From: an uncultured Candidatus Saccharibacteria bacterium
GTDB taxonomy: Bacteria > Patescibacteriota > Doudnabacteria > UBA920 > O2-02-FULL-48-8
Direction of reading: 5' to 3'
Assembly (NCBI GenBank): GCA_964605735.1
Contig: CAZSDS010000001.1
Location: 703,157 to 767,156, forward strand
Length of the DNA: 64,000 nucleotides
Position numbers and translations under genes: made by a program. Position 1 is the first letter of the stretch. Each line of letters starts with the position of its first letter. The notes beneath the pieces are model-generated. The model had not been told where the DNA came from. It saw nothing but the letters and a program-made list of their open reading frames with translations, and searched no databases. Shown piece after piece: positions 63,486 to 64,000 of the stretch.

Positions 63486-64000
63486 ATGAAATTGCTTGGC
63501 ATTCAGGACAAAAGAATTTTCTATTCTTTGATATTAGTTTTGCTTTGTTTTTGTTTGCTTAGCATCCCGTTTAAGGATGGCAGTTCTTCGTATGTAAAGC
63601 ATGAATTGTACCGTGATTTGGCAGTGGCAGAAAGCATTGATAGTGGGAAGCTTGTTGAGCTTGGGCCGGTTTCAAGCTTAGGTGATTTTCACTTTGGTCC
63701 GGCGTACTATTATCTGATTTTTCCATTCGTTAAATTGCTGGATTTTCAACCCTACTCACTGGCAGTGGCCAGTGCATTTTTTATGTTTTTAACGATTCTC
63801 GGAACGTTCTTTTTTGTGAAGAAATGGTTTGGGAGCGAGTTAATGGCTTTGCTTGCGGCAGGGCTTATGTCTTTTTCAATACTGACATTTCAGATTGTTA
63901 AGTATGGTTCGAACCCGAACTTTATTCCATTTTTCTCGCTGATGTTTTTCTGGGCTATTCGCGAACTTATGGATAATCCAAAGAGTATTAATTTTACCTT
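63486..64000 (+). CDS. GT39/ArnT-like (PMT_2) glycosyltransferase, N-terminal part (runs off window)
   Basis: Multi-TM N-terminus with the conserved periplasmic loop D/E residues (HELYRDLAVAES) of dolichyl/undecaprenyl-phosphate sugar transferases. No stop before the window end. Confidence 0.5.
   Translation, partial: MKLLGIQDKRIFYSLILVLLCFCLLSIPFKDGSSSYVKHELYRDLAVAESIDSGKLVELGPVSSLGDFHFGPAYYYLIFPFVKLLDFQPYSLAVASAFFMFLTILGTFFFVKKWFGSELMALLAAGLMSFSILTFQIVKYGSNPNFIPFFSLMFFWAIRELMDNPKSINFT

Overview
This is a gene-dense bacterial chromosomal window, AT-rich over most of its length (judged by eye). Its content is consistent with a small-genome Patescibacteria/CPR-like bacterium, but that is inference from gene content only.

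Housekeeping genes recognisable from the ORF translations:
- an S1-domain protein (rpsA-like), IF-2 (infB), RbfA, a DHH/DHHA1 phosphoesterase;
- FtsK, RecA, a LexA operon, LspA, GalU, a YifB/ComM ATPase;
- FtsH, RNase III, an SMC-like ATPase, a CDP-alcohol phosphatidyltransferase;
- bS16, a KH-domain protein, TrmD, an RluA-family pseudouridine synthase, bL19;
- RNase HII, MltG, Hsp20, a bactofilin and several glycosyltransferases.

I folded 13 tRNA genes by hand. They include a four-tRNA cluster and a tRNA with a predicted UAU anticodon that sits just downstream of a 5'-half tRNA-like fragment.

Non-housekeeping content:
1. An IS200-like tnpA-only element directly after rpsA.
2. A free-standing LAGLIDADG homing endonuclease next to tRNA-Cys and tRNA-Leu.
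3. A 1638-aa surface protein followed by a response regulator and a MacB/FtsX-type ABC exporter.
4. A 14-bp palindrome, GTTYCACGTGAAAC, that recurs at least 8 times across a 1.1-kb non-coding gap and in-frame inside an O-antigen-ligase-like gene.
5. A roughly 150-nt hairpin-forming element with imperfect terminal inverted repeats, present in three copies at 27.4, 38.5 and 53.5 kb.
6. A candidate structured ncRNA with a consensus sigma70 promoter and an intrinsic terminator at 34.2-34.6 kb.
7. A tandem array of five TrbC/VirB2-like pilin paralogs (six pilin modules).
8. A GC-rich three-gene block that abuts tRNA-Leu(TAG), whose 3' end is duplicated 140 bp downstream like an integration scar.
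9. Putative Cheo-type LexA boxes upstream of recA and of the lexA operon.

No CRISPR array and no rRNA were seen. Product assignments rest on motif recognition in the supplied translations. No database search was run.
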